DNA of 63,233 nt, the filler included, from Octopus bimaculoides (taxonomy: Eukaryota): the NCBI RefSeq assembly GCF_001194135.2. It is 5 parts of 5 records of this genome, joined end to end, with 100 filler letters (N's around TTAATTAATTAA, not from the genome) between each part and the next. Parts side by side here need not be neighbours in the genome. Positions count along the whole stretch, not along the records: positions 1 to 24,205 come from NC_068983.1; 4 more parts are not named here. The stretch is one strand, 5' to 3'. The translations under genes and the position numbers were made by a program. Below the pieces are notes generated by a model. It ran no database searches. It was not told the origin of the DNA and was given only the letters and a program-made list of their open reading frames with translations. Each line of letters begins with the position of its first letter. Position 1 is the stretch's first letter. Below, piece by piece: positions 11,725 through 24,305 of the stretch.

Positions 11725-12368
11725 CCTTTCTACTATATGCACAAGGCCTGAAATTCTTGGGGGAGGGGGACTAGTCAATCACTTCGACCCCAGTGCTCAA
11801 CTGGTACTTATTTCATCGACCCCGGAAGGATGAAAACCAAAGTCGACCTCGCCGGAATTTGAACTCAGAACGGAAAGACGGACGAAATGCCACTTAGCAT
11901 TTTGTCCGGCGTGCTAATGATTCTGCCACCTCGTCTCCTTTAATATATATATTCTTTTCTTATTTCTTTACTGCCCACAAGGGGCTACATACAGAGGGGA
12001 CAAACAAGGACAGACAAACGGATTAAGTCGATTATATCGACCCCAGTGCGTAACTGGTACTTATTTAATCGACCCCAAAAGGATGAAAGGCAAAGTCGAC
12101 CTCGGCGGAATGTGAACTCAGAACGTAGAGGCAGACGAAATACAACTAAGCATTTCGTCCGGCGTGCTAACGTTTCTGCCACCTCACCGCCAAAAGAATA
12201 TATATATTCTTTTCTACTATAGGCACAAAGCACGAAATTTTGTGGGAGGGGACCAGTTAATTAGATCGACCCCAGTACACAACTGGTACTTAATTTATCG
12301 ACCCCGAAAGGACGAAAGGCAAAGTCGACCTCGGCGGAATTTGAACTCAGAACGTAAAGACAGACGAA
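11725..12368 (-). mobile_element. Three tandem SINE family A copies
   Basis: Three successive ATCGACCCC..AAAGTCGACCTC..GAACTCAGAACG units (about 11725-11940, 11950-12190, 12203-gap). Confidence 0.9.
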
Positions 12369-12817
12369 NNNNNNNNNNNNNNNNNNNNNNNNNNNNNNNN
12401 NNNNNNNNNNNNNNNNNNNNNNNNNNNNNNNNNNNNNNNNNNNNNNNNNNNNNNNNNNNNNNNNNNNNNNNNNNNNNNNNNNNNNNNNNNNNNNNNNNNN
12501 NNNNNNNNNNNNNNNNNNNNNNNNNNNNNNNNNNNNNNNNNNNNNNNNNNNNNNNNNNNNNNNNNNNNNNNNNNNNNNNNNNNNNNNNNNNNNNNNNNNN
12601 NNNNNNNNNNNNNNNNNNNNNNNNNNNNNNNNNNNNNNNNNNNNNNNNNNNNNNNNNNNNNNNNNNNNNNNNNNNNNNNNNNNNNNNNNNNNNNNNNNNN
12701 NNNNNNNNNNNNNNNNNNNNNNNNNNNNNNNNNNNNNNNNNNNNNNNNNNNNNNNNNNNNNNNNNNNNNNNNNNNNNNNNNNNNNNNNNNNNNNNNACAC
12801 TCAAACACACATATTTA

Positions 12818-13743
12818 CAGTGTGCGATGGATAAATTGTCACCATTTTATATTATTAATTTCGCGCATGCGAATTGTTTGTTTTTCATTTTGTCGACTAC
12901 ACAGCATAGTACGGTCAGTTGGGCACTGCCTATTAGAAAACAGCTCCAAACGCAACTCACTCTGCCAGAAATTTGGAAACGACATGCTGTAATGCTTGGC
13001 ATTCGTGCCGGAAGCTCCAATACAAATATTTCAGAGTGTTTGGATATCAATCTGAGGATAGTGCAATCTGAGGATAGTGCAATCTGAGGATAGTGCAATC
13101 TGAGGATAGTGCAATCTTAGGACACGTACCGAGAATGATAGAAATCAAACATCCAGTAAACATCATGGTGTTTGGAGCGATCACTAGTGATGGCGACGTT
13201 ATGCCTCCATCCACTTTCCCACACGGCCTCAGACTCAACACAGGGGCCTACATCAAGTTTCTGAAGGAGGTTGTACTGCCCTAGGTCAAGAGGGTGACTG
13301 CTGGAAGACTCCATGTCTGGCAACAGGACTCTGCACAAGCAGGAGAACCCAGTCATGGTTGCCAGACAATTTCTGCGACCACGTCACCCCTAACATCTGG
13401 CCACATAACTCCCCAGACTGCAACCCCCTTGATTATTATGTATGGGGCGCAGTTGAGCGAGGGACCAACAAAACTCCCTGTAACACCAAAGATGAACTGA
13501 AGGCAAGGATTATGGCAGCATTCAGCAACTTAAACAAGGAAACTGTCCAGAAGAGTTGCAGGCGATTCCGAAGCCGTCTGGAGGCCGTGGTTGAAGCCAA
13601 ATGGCGATTTTATTGACTAAATTTACTCTTTAGTATTTCAAGATATTTTTCTGTAATTTTGGTAAATATATCTGTTAAAACGAGTTGTCAGTGTTATTTT
13701 CGTTTTTGCATAACTTAGACGACAATTTATTCACCGCATCCTG
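12818..13743 (+). mobile_element. Internally deleted Tc1/mariner (maT/DD37D-like) transposon
   Basis: TA TSDs (12816-17, 13744-45); TIRs CAGTGTGCGATGGATAAATTGTC / GACAATTTATTCACCGCATCCTG; peptides IMVFGAIT, WQQDSA, WPHNSPDCNPLDYYVWG. Confidence 0.92.
13120..13616 (+). pseudogene. Transposase catalytic-domain remnant (frameshifted, with stop)
   Basis: KHPVNIMVFGAITSDG..*..WQQDSA / SPDCNPLDYYVWGAVE..ELKARI. Confidence 0.88.
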
Positions 13744-14659
13744 TATATACTCGGATATGTCTCGACGAAGCGCGAAGCAGTGATTTATAAAATTATATAC
13801 TTGTTACCGGTTCAGATATGTTTGAAACATTTTCGAACTCGTAAGAAGGCCATTCGCTGAATCTTGCCATGGAGAAATATTTTCGCTGTAGACAAACAGG
13901 TTCAAACACACCAGATCAGTTCGATGCGCCCTCTAATCCAGATCGATGAATGCATGCATTTCGAAATAGTTTCCTTCTCATCAGCTTCGAACACTACCTT
14001 TTTGAATATATCGAGAATGTTTCTCCATGACAGAATGCAATGAATAGCGCTCTTTGCATACTTCGAACATATTTGAACAAGTAATAAGTTTGTGTGGGGG
14101 GAAGGTGGGGTGTACATGCTAGGAAAAAGTTGACGGTTGTTTCGAGATTACGGCATACGTATCATATTGACTTAGCTTTCAAGTCTCGTAAATACAATTT
14201 TCTTTCGGCAGAGACTGAAGTTCATCTGGTGGGTGAAGCGACGTATATGCAAATTAGGTGCGACGCAGCTACAAATCCAATTGCGTGACCCAGTTTTACA
14301 GACAATCTGAAATGAACCCAAGGAATAAACCCAAGGAATAAACTAACAACAATTCCCCCACATTAAATTTAGTTAATCCAGCAGTTGTTAGCAAATGAAC
14401 AGAAACTTCTGTCAGGCTATAAAAAAACGTATATCAACCATTCTTTTCGCTTTACCTCACTCTTCAAGCATATACTTTCTTCCTTTCCTTCTCTATTCCC
14501 TTCCTTGTGCAAACTCTTCCCCTTTCTTCCTACATACTCATTTTCATCACACCTAATTTGCATATACCTCTCTCCACCCACCGGATATACCCGCTAAAAA
14601 AACAAAAACAAAACAAAAGCAATTATATATAAAGCTTCAAAGCCAAAGTGAGTAATTTC

Positions 14660-14700
14660 CTGATGATGGCTGATACCCCGAAACTTTGAAATCACTGTCC
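14660..14700 (+). ncRNA. Degenerate hammerhead-like motif after a CT-rich tract (probable Penelope-like 3' end)
   Basis: CTGATGA-T-GGC..CC-GAAAC-TTTGAA-ATC-ACTGTC; 3' half matches the 3529-3575 motif; helix I broken. Confidence 0.4.
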
Positions 14701-14983
14701 ATTTTATCTTTGTATGGCTGAATTAATACAGTAAGCTAAATACGCTAAATACGACAAAAATACAACATAAAGAGAGAAGCTAGCTCTTATATACAGCAAT
14801 ATGCAAATAAAAAACAGTTTGGTTATTATGGGAGAAACAGGAGAAGGAGGTGAAAGGGTAAAAGGGGGCGAGTAGAATCTGATGTAATAGAGAAAAGAAG
14901 GCCCTCAGGGACATGCCTCACCCAATGCGTATATTTTATAAAATCATATTATATTACATGATATATATATATTATATGTAAGA

Positions 14984-15026
<43 letters not shown>

Positions 15027-15330
15027 GTATGTATGTATACATACACTTTTTCATATAACTGTAATGAATTCTTCACTACTCATATACATGCATATACAAA
15101 TACACATACACTCGAACGCTTAGACACACACATACACACACGTATATAAGAATGTGACCTTAATATCCACAAAAATGCATTGAGGCTGTCATTTAATGTA
15201 ACAAAAGTACGTAAGAAACGGTAAACAGATGCCAGTACTAAAAATTATTTTCTTGTTTTGAGGCTCTTTAATTCTTGCCACGCATTGTTTCACTCTTTCC
15301 TAATGTTCTTCCGACAAGTTGAGTCTATAT

Positions 15331-15656
15331 CAGGGCCGGCCGACCTGAGATCTGCGGACCACATGCTGCCCGCACACTCTTGCGGCCCGCTTGATACTTT
15401 CTTGAAATGTCTTTATTTAAACAAACATTTTAAAAAATTATCAAAAATTTAAGATTGTAATGTAAAGTAAAAAAAGAAACTTACTACAGTTTTTGCAACG
15501 ATAATATTTCATGCTGAATCAATGATCATTCATTCATTTTTGTAATAATAGCATAAGAAAGCAAAATGCTTTCAATTCTGTCAGTATACAAGCGACTCTC
15601 AAAAAACTTTCTGTGATTAAAGTAGCCCGCAATGTAATTCGATTTGGCCAGGTCTG
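15331..15656. mobile_element. hAT (Charlie-like) MITE
   Basis: 8-bp TSD GTCTATAT (15323-30, 15657-64); termini CAGGGCCGGCCGA / TTTGGCCAGGTCTG. Confidence 0.88.
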
Positions 15657-15829
15657 GTCTATATCAACAAATCACTGTGTTATGGGTCCCGCAGAGTTTA
15701 CGGTGAGCTGAGATCAGAAGGCAGTTTCAGTTCGAGAGGCCGATTGGTTTCATTTATTTTATTAATGATGGTGAGAAAAGCTTAACCGTTACATGTATCA
15801 CCCGTCTCATCTTAATTAAATAGTGGTTG

Positions 15830-16130
15830 AAAATTTTGGCACAGGGCCAGAAAATTTAGGGGAGGCGGTGAGTCGATTACATCGATCCCGTTGCTGAACT
15901 AGTACTTATCTTATCTACCCCAAAAAGATTAAAGGTAAAGTCGACCGCGGCAGTATTTTTACTCAAACCGTAAAGGCGAACGAAGCCCACCGAGCTAACG
16001 ACTCGGCCAGCTCGACGCCCTAAAATTGAAAGTTGATTTGAGCGAGATTTGAACTCAGAACTTAAAGAGCTAGAACAAATACCGTGACACAATTTGTCCG
16101 ATACTCTAACGATTCTATCAATCGATCGCC
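15830..16130 (-). mobile_element. Two adjacent diverged SINE family A pieces
   Basis: AAAGTCGACC..CCAGCTCGACGCC and ATTTGAACTCAGAAC. Confidence 0.7.
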
Positions 16131-16459
16131 CAACAATCTCAACTAAATATTGGTTTTTGGTGAATAACTAAAGAAAAATCAATAGGATCTTATATACAGA
16201 TGTCGCTCTCATCTTCTCCTAAGTGGTGCATCCAATTATTGATGGAGATCGGGCGCCCTTGGTACTCTAGCACTCAACCATCGCCATTGGTTCCTGGTTT
16301 CGATTACACACAGGAGTACTGTAGTGATGAATCATGTCCACACGCGGGGCATTGCGGCGTGGTTATAAAGTTCACATCGTAAAGTGTTTGTCTTCGATTC
16401 TACCTGGCGATTGGATTCTGTACAAAATAAAGATGAGATCATGCAATGATCAATACGGA

Positions 16460-17740
16460 TTATTTTTATTCTTTCTTTCTTTCATTCATTCTTTCTTCCT
16501 TTCTTCCTTCCTTTCTTCCTTCCTTTCTTCCTTCCTTTCTTCCTTCTTCTTTCCTTCCTTTCTTTCTTTCTTCTTCCTTCCTTTCTTTCTTCCTTTATTT
16601 CTTTCTTCCTTCCTTCCCTTCTTTCTTCCTTCTTTCTCACTTATTTCCTTCCTTTCTCCCTTCCTTCCTTCCTTTCTTTCTTCTTCCTTCCTTCCTTTCT
16701 TTCTTCTTCCTTCCTTTCTTTCTTCCTTCCTTCCTTCCTTCCTTCCCTTCTTTCTTCCTTCTTTCTCACTTCTTTCCTTCCTTTCTCCCTTCCTTCCTTC
16801 CTTCCTTCCTTTCTCCCTTCCTTCCTTCCTTCCTTCCTTCCTTCCTTCCTTCCTTCCTTCCTTCNNNNNNNNNNNNNNNNNNNNNNNNNNNNNNNNNNNN
16901 NNNNNNNNNNNNNNNNNNNNNNNNNNNNNNNNNNNNNNNNNNNNNNNNNNNNNNNNNNNNNNNNNNNNNNNNNNNNNNNNNNNNNNNNNNNNNNNNNNNN
17001 NNNNNNNNNNNNNNNNNNNNNNNNNNNNNNNNNNNNNNNNNNNNNNNNNNNNNNNNNNNNNNNNNNNNNNNNNNNNNNNNNNNNNNNNNNNNNNNNNNNN
17101 NNNNNNNNNNNNNNNNNNNNNNNNNNNNNNNNNNNNNNNNNNNNNNNNNNNNNNNNNNNNNNNNNNNNNNNNNNNNNNNNNNNNNNNNNNNNNNNNNNNN
17201 NNNNNNNNNNNNNNNNNNNNNNNNNNNNNNNNNNNNNNNNNNNNNNNNNNNNNNNNNNNNNNNNNNNNNNNNNNNNNNNNNNNNNNNNNNNNNNNNNNNN
17301 NNNNNNNNNNNNNNNNNNNNNNNNNNNNNNNNNNNNNNNNNNNNNNNNNNNNNNNNNNNNNNNNNNNNNNNNNNNNNNNNNNNNNNNNNNNNNNNNNNNN
17401 NNNNNNNNNNNNNNNNNNNNNNNNNNNNNNNNNNNNNNNNNNNNNNNNNNNNNNNNNNNNNNNNNNNNNNNNNNNNNNNNNNNNNNNNNNNNNNNNNNNN
17501 NNNNNNNNNNNNNNNNNNNNNNNNNNNNNNNNNNNNNNNNNNNNNNNNNNNNNNNNNNNNNNNNNNNNNNNNNNNNNNNNNNNNNNNNNNNNNNNNNNNN
17601 NNNNNNNNNNNNNNNNNNNNNNNNNNNNNNNCTTTCTTCTTTCTTCCTTCCTTTCTCTCTTCCTTCCTTCCTTCCTTCATTTCTTTCTTCCTTCCTTCCT
17701 TCCTTCCTTCCTTCCTTCCTTCCTTCCTTCCTTCCTTTCC
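16460..17740. repeat. (CTTC)n/(CTTT)n satellite spanning an N gap
   Basis: Tandem repeats on both sides of the gap. Confidence 0.95.
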
Positions 17741-18003
17741 AAGTGATATACTCGACGAAAGTAAACTATTGCAGTTTAGGCAGTTACTAAAAACTAAACC
17801 GGATCAAAAATCCGACTCTGTATCAATATAAAAAAAAATAACCCTATCCCAGCAATACTTATTATATTAAGAACATTGGCAGGTGTTTCGTAATGCATCT
17901 ATCCCGTTGCTTTATTCTCCAGACCGTCTCTGCAATCCTAAACAGAAACTACACTGGATTGTTTTCGTAAAGCAGAAAATATGTTTATGTTCATTTCTTA
18001 TAA

Positions 18004-18217
18004 GACGGCGTGCTGGCAGAATCGTTACCGAACTGGACAAAATGTTTAGCGGCATTTCGCCCGTTTTTACGTTCTGAGTTCAACTGCCGTCGAGGTCGAC
18101 TTTGCCTTTCATCCTTTCGGGTCGATAAAATAAGTACCAACTGAGCACCTGGATCGATATAATCGATTTACTCGCTTCTCCATAACTGTTGGCCTTGTGC
18201 CGAAATATGAAACCAAG
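18004..18217 (+). mobile_element. SINE family A
   Basis: GCTGGCAGAATCGTTA..GAGTTCAACTGCC..GGTCGACTTTGCCTTTCATCC. Confidence 0.85.
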
Positions 18218-19112
18218 AGTCACGTTTTAGTCTATTAAATCGATCCCAGAACTGGACTCAGTACTATATTTTATAATACTGGACTTTGTACTATTTTGTA
18301 GAACTGGATTTTGTACTCAGCACTGAACTTAACACTATATTTTACCGACCCCGAAATGATAGAATGCAATTTTGATCAGGGTTAGGTTTGAACCTGTAAT
18401 ATAAAGAGATGTAACGGAAGACCGCAAGGAATTTTGTCCACTCTCTAACTAATCTGATCATCCACTATTCTAAAACATACGTTAACAGGAGAAATTCTGT
18501 CATAATTCACAGACAATACGTTCCTTCTAATTATTGAATTATATTTCTCGAATTTTCTTTTAGATATTTCAAATTATGCTGATTCACAGGAGGTTCATTT
18601 TTCCATGTTTTTATGACTTAGATATATTTAAATTTAAATAGTTCATAGGCTAAATAACTCGAACTGCTCCGGAATAATATTAGAAAGTTGTTTTACCGTA
18701 AAATTTTATGGAATTTTATTAGAATAGCTCACTATTTGATTGTATAATAGTAATTTAATTAATGCTAATTCTAATTATCAACATACGAACTGAAAGAATA
18801 GCAAAAGAAAATTAAAATAAGCCGTCAGTGTTCGCCATTCTGGCAACAATAGAATAAAATAATATTAGTGAAGCAGAATTGGCGCCACCTTTGATTTAGA
18901 AGTTTAAATGAATTAGCCTACTTTAAATAGATAATAATTTTTTCGCAATTTTGTGATAATCTCCATTTTTCTTTAAACTTTCAAGACTATTTAATACTCA
19001 ACCAGACAAAATCATTTCCGAAAGAATTTCCATAAAACAAATTGCTTAGAATATATTGAAGTGTTGCCAAAACTAAACAAATACGTACATTTACTCATTT
19101 CATGTGCGTTAT

Positions 19113-19149
<37 letters not shown>

Positions 19150-19447
19150 TACGCACACACACAAAAAGAAGGAGGGAAAGAGGTAGCGGATGATGGGGCG
19201 CAGTGATGATAGATTTAAGAATGAAGTCTGTTTTACTCGATTACAGTTTTGCTGCTGGATGACGAACGAGGCCGACACGAGAAAGACAGTCTCAATCGCT
19301 GCTTCTGTGACAAAATTCTGTTCTGGGTTTAGCTGCCGCTGCGTTACGGCTCATTTTCATTCTCCTTTTGTCTTTCAAAGTTTGCCATGCGTGCATTCGC
19401 GAAGAGGAAACATACTGGTGAATATACACCACTACCATAGTGGCGTA

Positions 19448-19664
19448 CGAGGGAGTGCTGAAAAGTTCCTGGCTTTGGGTAAAAGAAAATGCAGGAGGAT
19501 CCGTTAATTATGATTTTATACAACATATTCCCCTCTCAGATTCACACACTTATTGCAACGGACCTTTAGTTTTTCTAAGCCCTGTAAAAGAACTCCGAAA
19601 GTTGGGCCCCCAGCCAGGCCTTTCGCGACACCCTTAAAGTCAGGAACTTTTCAGCACCCCCTCG
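19448..19664. mobile_element. Mariner-type MITE
   Basis: TA TSD; TIR CGAGGGAGTGCTGAAAAGTTCCTG / CAGGAACTTTTCAGCACCCCCTCG; paralog at 44762. Confidence 0.92.
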
Positions 19665-19780
19665 TAGTAGAGTGGTACACAAGGCAATAATTATTTAATT
19701 AACAGAATACTGTGTGATACAGTGTACAGAAATAATACTTCACCAACAATACATGGTGAAAACGTCTTTCGTAAGATCTA

Positions 19781-19904
19781 CAGTGTGTCCACAAGGTCTG
19801 AGTACGTGAAGTAAATAAAATCATAACATAAACAATTAAATATAAGAAATAATTTCTTAAAGTATGTGTTAATCCCCATGTACCCAAACTTTGTGGACAC
19901 CCTG
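19781..19904. mobile_element. Tc1-type MITE
   Basis: TA TSD; TIR CAGTGTGTCCACAAGGTCTGAGTAC / GTACCCAAACTTTGTGGACACCCTG. Confidence 0.88.
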
Positions 19905-22426
19905 TACAGCATAAATAACGTTTTTTTCTATCAAGTACTTGAAAACTCTAATAAAGAAAAAACATTTCACTGACATAAGGAGCTCGTATTTAACGGAAAG
20001 CCTTTTGCTTGTTTTTTTTTTCTTTCGTGATAAAACTAGTGTAATTGCAGTAGAATAGCTGATGTAGACTATTTCACGAGCCAAGATAATTTTTTTTAAA
20101 AGCTACATTTGTACTCTGTTGGGGTGGGTTTTGTAAAGTATTTTCTTTACAGTGAAGATAACTAACCATGCAATACATAGATTTTAAGCTGAGGTAAAAA
20201 TGCTGTTCATATTAAATTTATTCTTAATTTTTTTTTTCAATGGACGATAATCTCTTCAATAACGTTGGAGTGTTTTAATTAAATATTTATTACTTCGTTA
20301 GAGAAATAAAAGCAGGGCCCATGGCCATTTATAAGGTCTCTAAATCTGACGAATGGGAAGAAAGAAACCAATGAGTCATGGGTTACCGAGAGACATTCTA
20401 TGTAAAGCAGCATCGAGTTATACTGAAACTACAATCCTGGTTCGAATAATTTTAGCTGAGTGAAATCTGTTTCACTCCAGAGCCGGGTTGTTGTATTACA
20501 AACGAGTGATGGATTACAGAACAGAAATAATCCATATGGTTCTTATTGCTATTGTTTATCTCTATGTCAGTTCTGATTGAATAGACATGTAATCAAAGGT
20601 GCTCCAGTAATGACCATCCCTTCATTATTTAAGGCAGAATGTATCCAGCACTATACTACGCAACGTGCCATTCTCTCTTAAATCAATGAGTGATTTAAGA
20701 GAATTTTGGCTGCTATTTCTCACAGGTCAAGTGGTCGTAGGAAATCCTTTATGCGCAGATTAAAATTGAGCCATTTTCCAAATTTTAAACCGCACTTTTC
20801 GATTTGAAAGAGTTTTGGTTACTATTTCTAGCAGGTCAAGCGATTATAGGAAACACTCCGGCTGAGAGTGAAATTTCACCCTATTTTTCAAATTAAAAAT
20901 CGCCTTTTTAAAGAAGCTCTCTAAAAATCCATCCGAAAACAGCAGTTCAAACCTTAAGACCCCAAAAGTAATTCTGTCAGAAATTACTTTGAACACTCCA
21001 TGAAGCATTAACAAATTTCTATAAACTGCAAGCTTGTCTTGTGACATTAATCATGCAAATGTTGATGTATTACTTACGTCAGTAAGCGATTATTTCTTTC
21101 TTTTAAAAAATCCCCGCTCGCGTGTGTTTATTCTGTTTTATTGCATAATGTTATTGGTAATGAATAATCACAGTGAATTTAAATTTGTGTCTAAGCTGTT
21201 TATCGATTGTGTCATTAAAGATAAAGTGCAATGATTTTGAATGCTGTTGACATTTACGGTTCATTTGCCTATTTTTATTAAAGATTTTGAATCAATATTG
21301 TAATGTTAGTACAAATAAGAGAAAAAAAATAACTACTGGTAAAAGTTCTTCGTCCAGTGAAGAATGTACAGATAATTATATATATTTTATGCACAATACC
21401 GCGTGAATCAGAAAGATTGAAATAAATTTTAATATTTGAAAACCTGGCTGCGGCAAACATATTCTCTCTATGCGGCAAAAAAAAAAAAAGCGGTGGACAT
21501 TCTCCTGACGGACCATCTCACAGTTCGGTGACCGCTCTTCAGAGAAGGCTCCTTTCCTCGATCAGTCGCACAGACTATTCATCTTTATTACATAATGCAG
21601 ACATAGCTAAGGCTATCACCGTAGTGGATAGCTTAATCTGCTTATTTGTACTTACGACAGTTCGCCGTTAATGAAACAATAAATATTTTATGCATAAATG
21701 ATTGTTTTTATAGGAGTAACTGAAAAACTGTGTGTTTTATTTGTAATGAATCAGTTATAATTTATAAAAAGTACAGTATTGAACGTCATTATTTAACCAA
21801 ACATAAGGAATAAGAAAAACTGAAAGGATTTCATATTTAGATAAGTTGTTATTTTTAAAAGAATTTTTATGAAAACAACGATCTATTAGAATAAATATAT
21901 TAATGAAAATACTGTCGTAAGACAAGTTATAAGGTATGTGAGTTAATTACAATGAAAGAGAAATTACACATCGAATGTGAGCTTGTTAAAAAGCGTGAAG
22001 TATTTATGTTCTGACTTAAACTCCATAAAAGCTAGATTGTATGAGAATAGCTTATAGTAATGAACAGTTTCTGATGATATGGAAAACGTGGTTAACGATG
22101 TCCAAGTATCTTTGAAACGAGTAGCATTGAGTATTTGTGTTTTATTCTTTAAATGTGGATAAGATAATGTGTGTGCCTGTGCGTGTGTGTGTAAATATTT
22201 GTATGTGGCATAATATTAAATTTTATGTAAGAATTTATAAACTTTCGAGAGAACGTGAAATAACTGGATCTCGAAGTCCATGAATGTTATAAATAAAAAC
22301 ATGTAAATGTAGGATTGAAAAATTCCTTTGGACAGAAAAAGTCGAAGGCTGCCCCTGGGACACAAACACTACACCCTCTATATTGGGTAGAAGACTAATA
22401 TTTATATCTTATTATTTGTAGCATAA

Positions 22427-22641
22427 GGCAGCGAGTTGGCAGAAACGTTAGCACGCTGGGAGAAATGCATAGCGGTATTTTGGCGGTTTATACGTTCTGA
22501 GTTCAAATTCCGCGGAGGTCGACGTTGCCTTTCATCCTTTCGAGGTCGATAATTTAAGTACCAGTTGCGTACTGGAGTCGATCTAATCGACTTGCCCCTC
22601 CCCAAAAATTTCGGGTCTTGTGCCTGGAGTAGAAAAGATTA
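22427..22641 (+). mobile_element. SINE family A, full length
   Basis: A-box/B-box head GAGTTCAAATTCC and tail ..TGTGCCTGGAGTAGAAAAGATTA. Confidence 0.9.
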
Positions 22642-23074
22642 TTTAAAACATTCATGTTCTTTGAGATCTACTTCCGAAAAAGAATTAAACTTTATGACAA
22701 GAGAAAATATATTTGCTTTTGAAAAGACTCATGCATGAGACTGCAATGGCAGGGATCTTTTCTTTTTTCTTTCTTTTTTTACAATGGGGTGGGTGGGTTG
22801 GTGAAACTAGCCATAAGTGATAACGGTTTACGTTACGAATAGGTTAGCTGCATAGTTACGGAGAGAAGGTTTCAGACTTGTTGCGTTAATCAAGAAAGAA
22901 TTGGAAATTTGTCAGTAACGTGTCATTGTCTTATTCACCAACAAAATGTATGCGTGCGTTCTCTGAGAATGAATGATGAACAAAGAATGAATGAATAATG
23001 TATTATTCATTCACTATGGATGACTATTATTATTCATTTATTGTTCATTGAATGAATAATGAATGAATCACCAT

Positions 23075-23335
23075 CACCACCATCAATAATCTGATCGAGC
23101 TTGCTCAGACATTTTTAACCCACACATACCATCCATGTCGGTCCTGCATTAACTGAAGGAGGTTTTTGGAGAGGTATCTAGTGTTTCCGGTGAGTTTATC
23201 TACATATGTTGTGTTCGGACGCACTGCACAAGTACGGCCATGCTTTGGCATCCACAGCAGTAGGTCATTTGCCATCTCTTGTCTAGCTCACTAACAATGT
23301 CCCGCAAAGCGAGTGCCTTTCCCTTATAATGCTGG
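23075..23335 (-). mobile_element. RTE-clade LINE 3' fragment
   Basis: Minus-strand translation EMANDLLLWMPKHGRT..RPNTTYVDKL..MQDRHGW, ending at a (TGA/TGG)n-like tail. Confidence 0.65.
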
Positions 23336-23471
23336 TAACTACGTGACTTAGAATATTTATTCGATATCTCAAGCCACATAAATTAACGTAAATTGAAATT
23401 AATTTATCTATTATCTCCGACATCGGTTGTCAAGCGATGGTGGTGGCGGACAAGCACACGCACACACACTA

Positions 23472-23520
<49 letters not shown>

Positions 23521-23544
23521 ATTATTAAATAATCCTTTCTACTA

Positions 23545-23665
23545 TAGGAACAAGAATAAGTACTAGACTTGCAAAAAATGTCCTGGGGTCGATTTATTCG
23601 ACTAAAGGTGGTGCTCCAGCATGGCCGCAGTCAAAATGACTGAAACAAGTAAAAGAATAAAATAA
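23545..23665 (+). mobile_element. SINE family B 3' tail
   Basis: AATAAGTACT..GGGGTCGATTTATTCGACTAAAGGTGGTGCTCCAGCATGGCCGCAGTC. Confidence 0.8.
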
Positions 23666-24249
23666 GCAGATCCCTATCGGTTTCGACCATAAGGGGTCAG
23701 TTATTCGATGTAAGTGGTTGCGTATTCCATAGACACGTGTGCTGTTGCCATAATGTGTGACACAGTGTATGACATACTGTTTCCTTGGATTATGGCGATA
23801 ATTCGACCAACAGGCTTCTGCACAGTTTCTTCGTACCAAATTTTTATTCACAAGTACCGTAGCTGGTGAGATAGGTGATTGGAAGAGCCCCACCCAGAAC
23901 TATGCTATCATAATGGGGACATTTGTACCTGCTGTACAGACATGTACAAGCTTGGCAGCCAGTGGCAGAGGCGGGGCAGTAAACTCAACGGCGATCCCGG
24001 GTAGCACACTCTGTAGCTATACCACTTCTTGGATGAAACCGAAATAACGATGAAAAAAAAAAATATATTGTCCATGATACCAAACCACAGGGATCGAAAC
24101 TGTAACGTTATGATTGCGAAGAGAACTTCTTAAACATTTGGCCGTGCTGCATTCGCAAAGTTTTGAGCAATAATGCATTGAAAATTGCTTTGCTACTACT
24201 TATGANNNNNNNNNNNNNNNNNNNNNNNNNNNNNNNNNNNNNNNNNNNN

Positions 24250-24261
24250 TTAATTAATTAA
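24250..24261. other. Assembly spacer TTAATTAATTAA inside 44N-12-44N gap
   Basis: Identical 100-bp cassette also centred on 40693, 52284 and 61371. Confidence 0.92.
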
Positions 24262-24305
24262 NNNNNNNNNNNNNNNNNNNNNNNNNNNNNNNNNNNNNNN
24301 NNNNN

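Noticed and set aside
13746-14290. CpG-richer unique region with 64-71 aa ORFs
   Set aside because: No homology recognised and no consistent exon boundaries.
16334-17831. 460-470 aa ORFs
   Set aside because: They consist of (CTTC)n plus an N gap. The same applies to all X-rich ORFs in the track.
18878-18895. TGGCGCCACCTTTG, CTCF-like motif
   Set aside because: The 3' half of the motif mismatches, and a single weak hit is expected by chance.
21490-21670. GC-richer unique stretch with an open frame and small hairpins
   Set aside because: No splice signals and no known RNA motif that I can support.
24206-24305. Recurrent TTAATTAATTAA islands (four copies)
   Set aside because: Each is an exact 44N-12-44N 100-bp cassette, so it is a scaffolding placeholder rather than biology.
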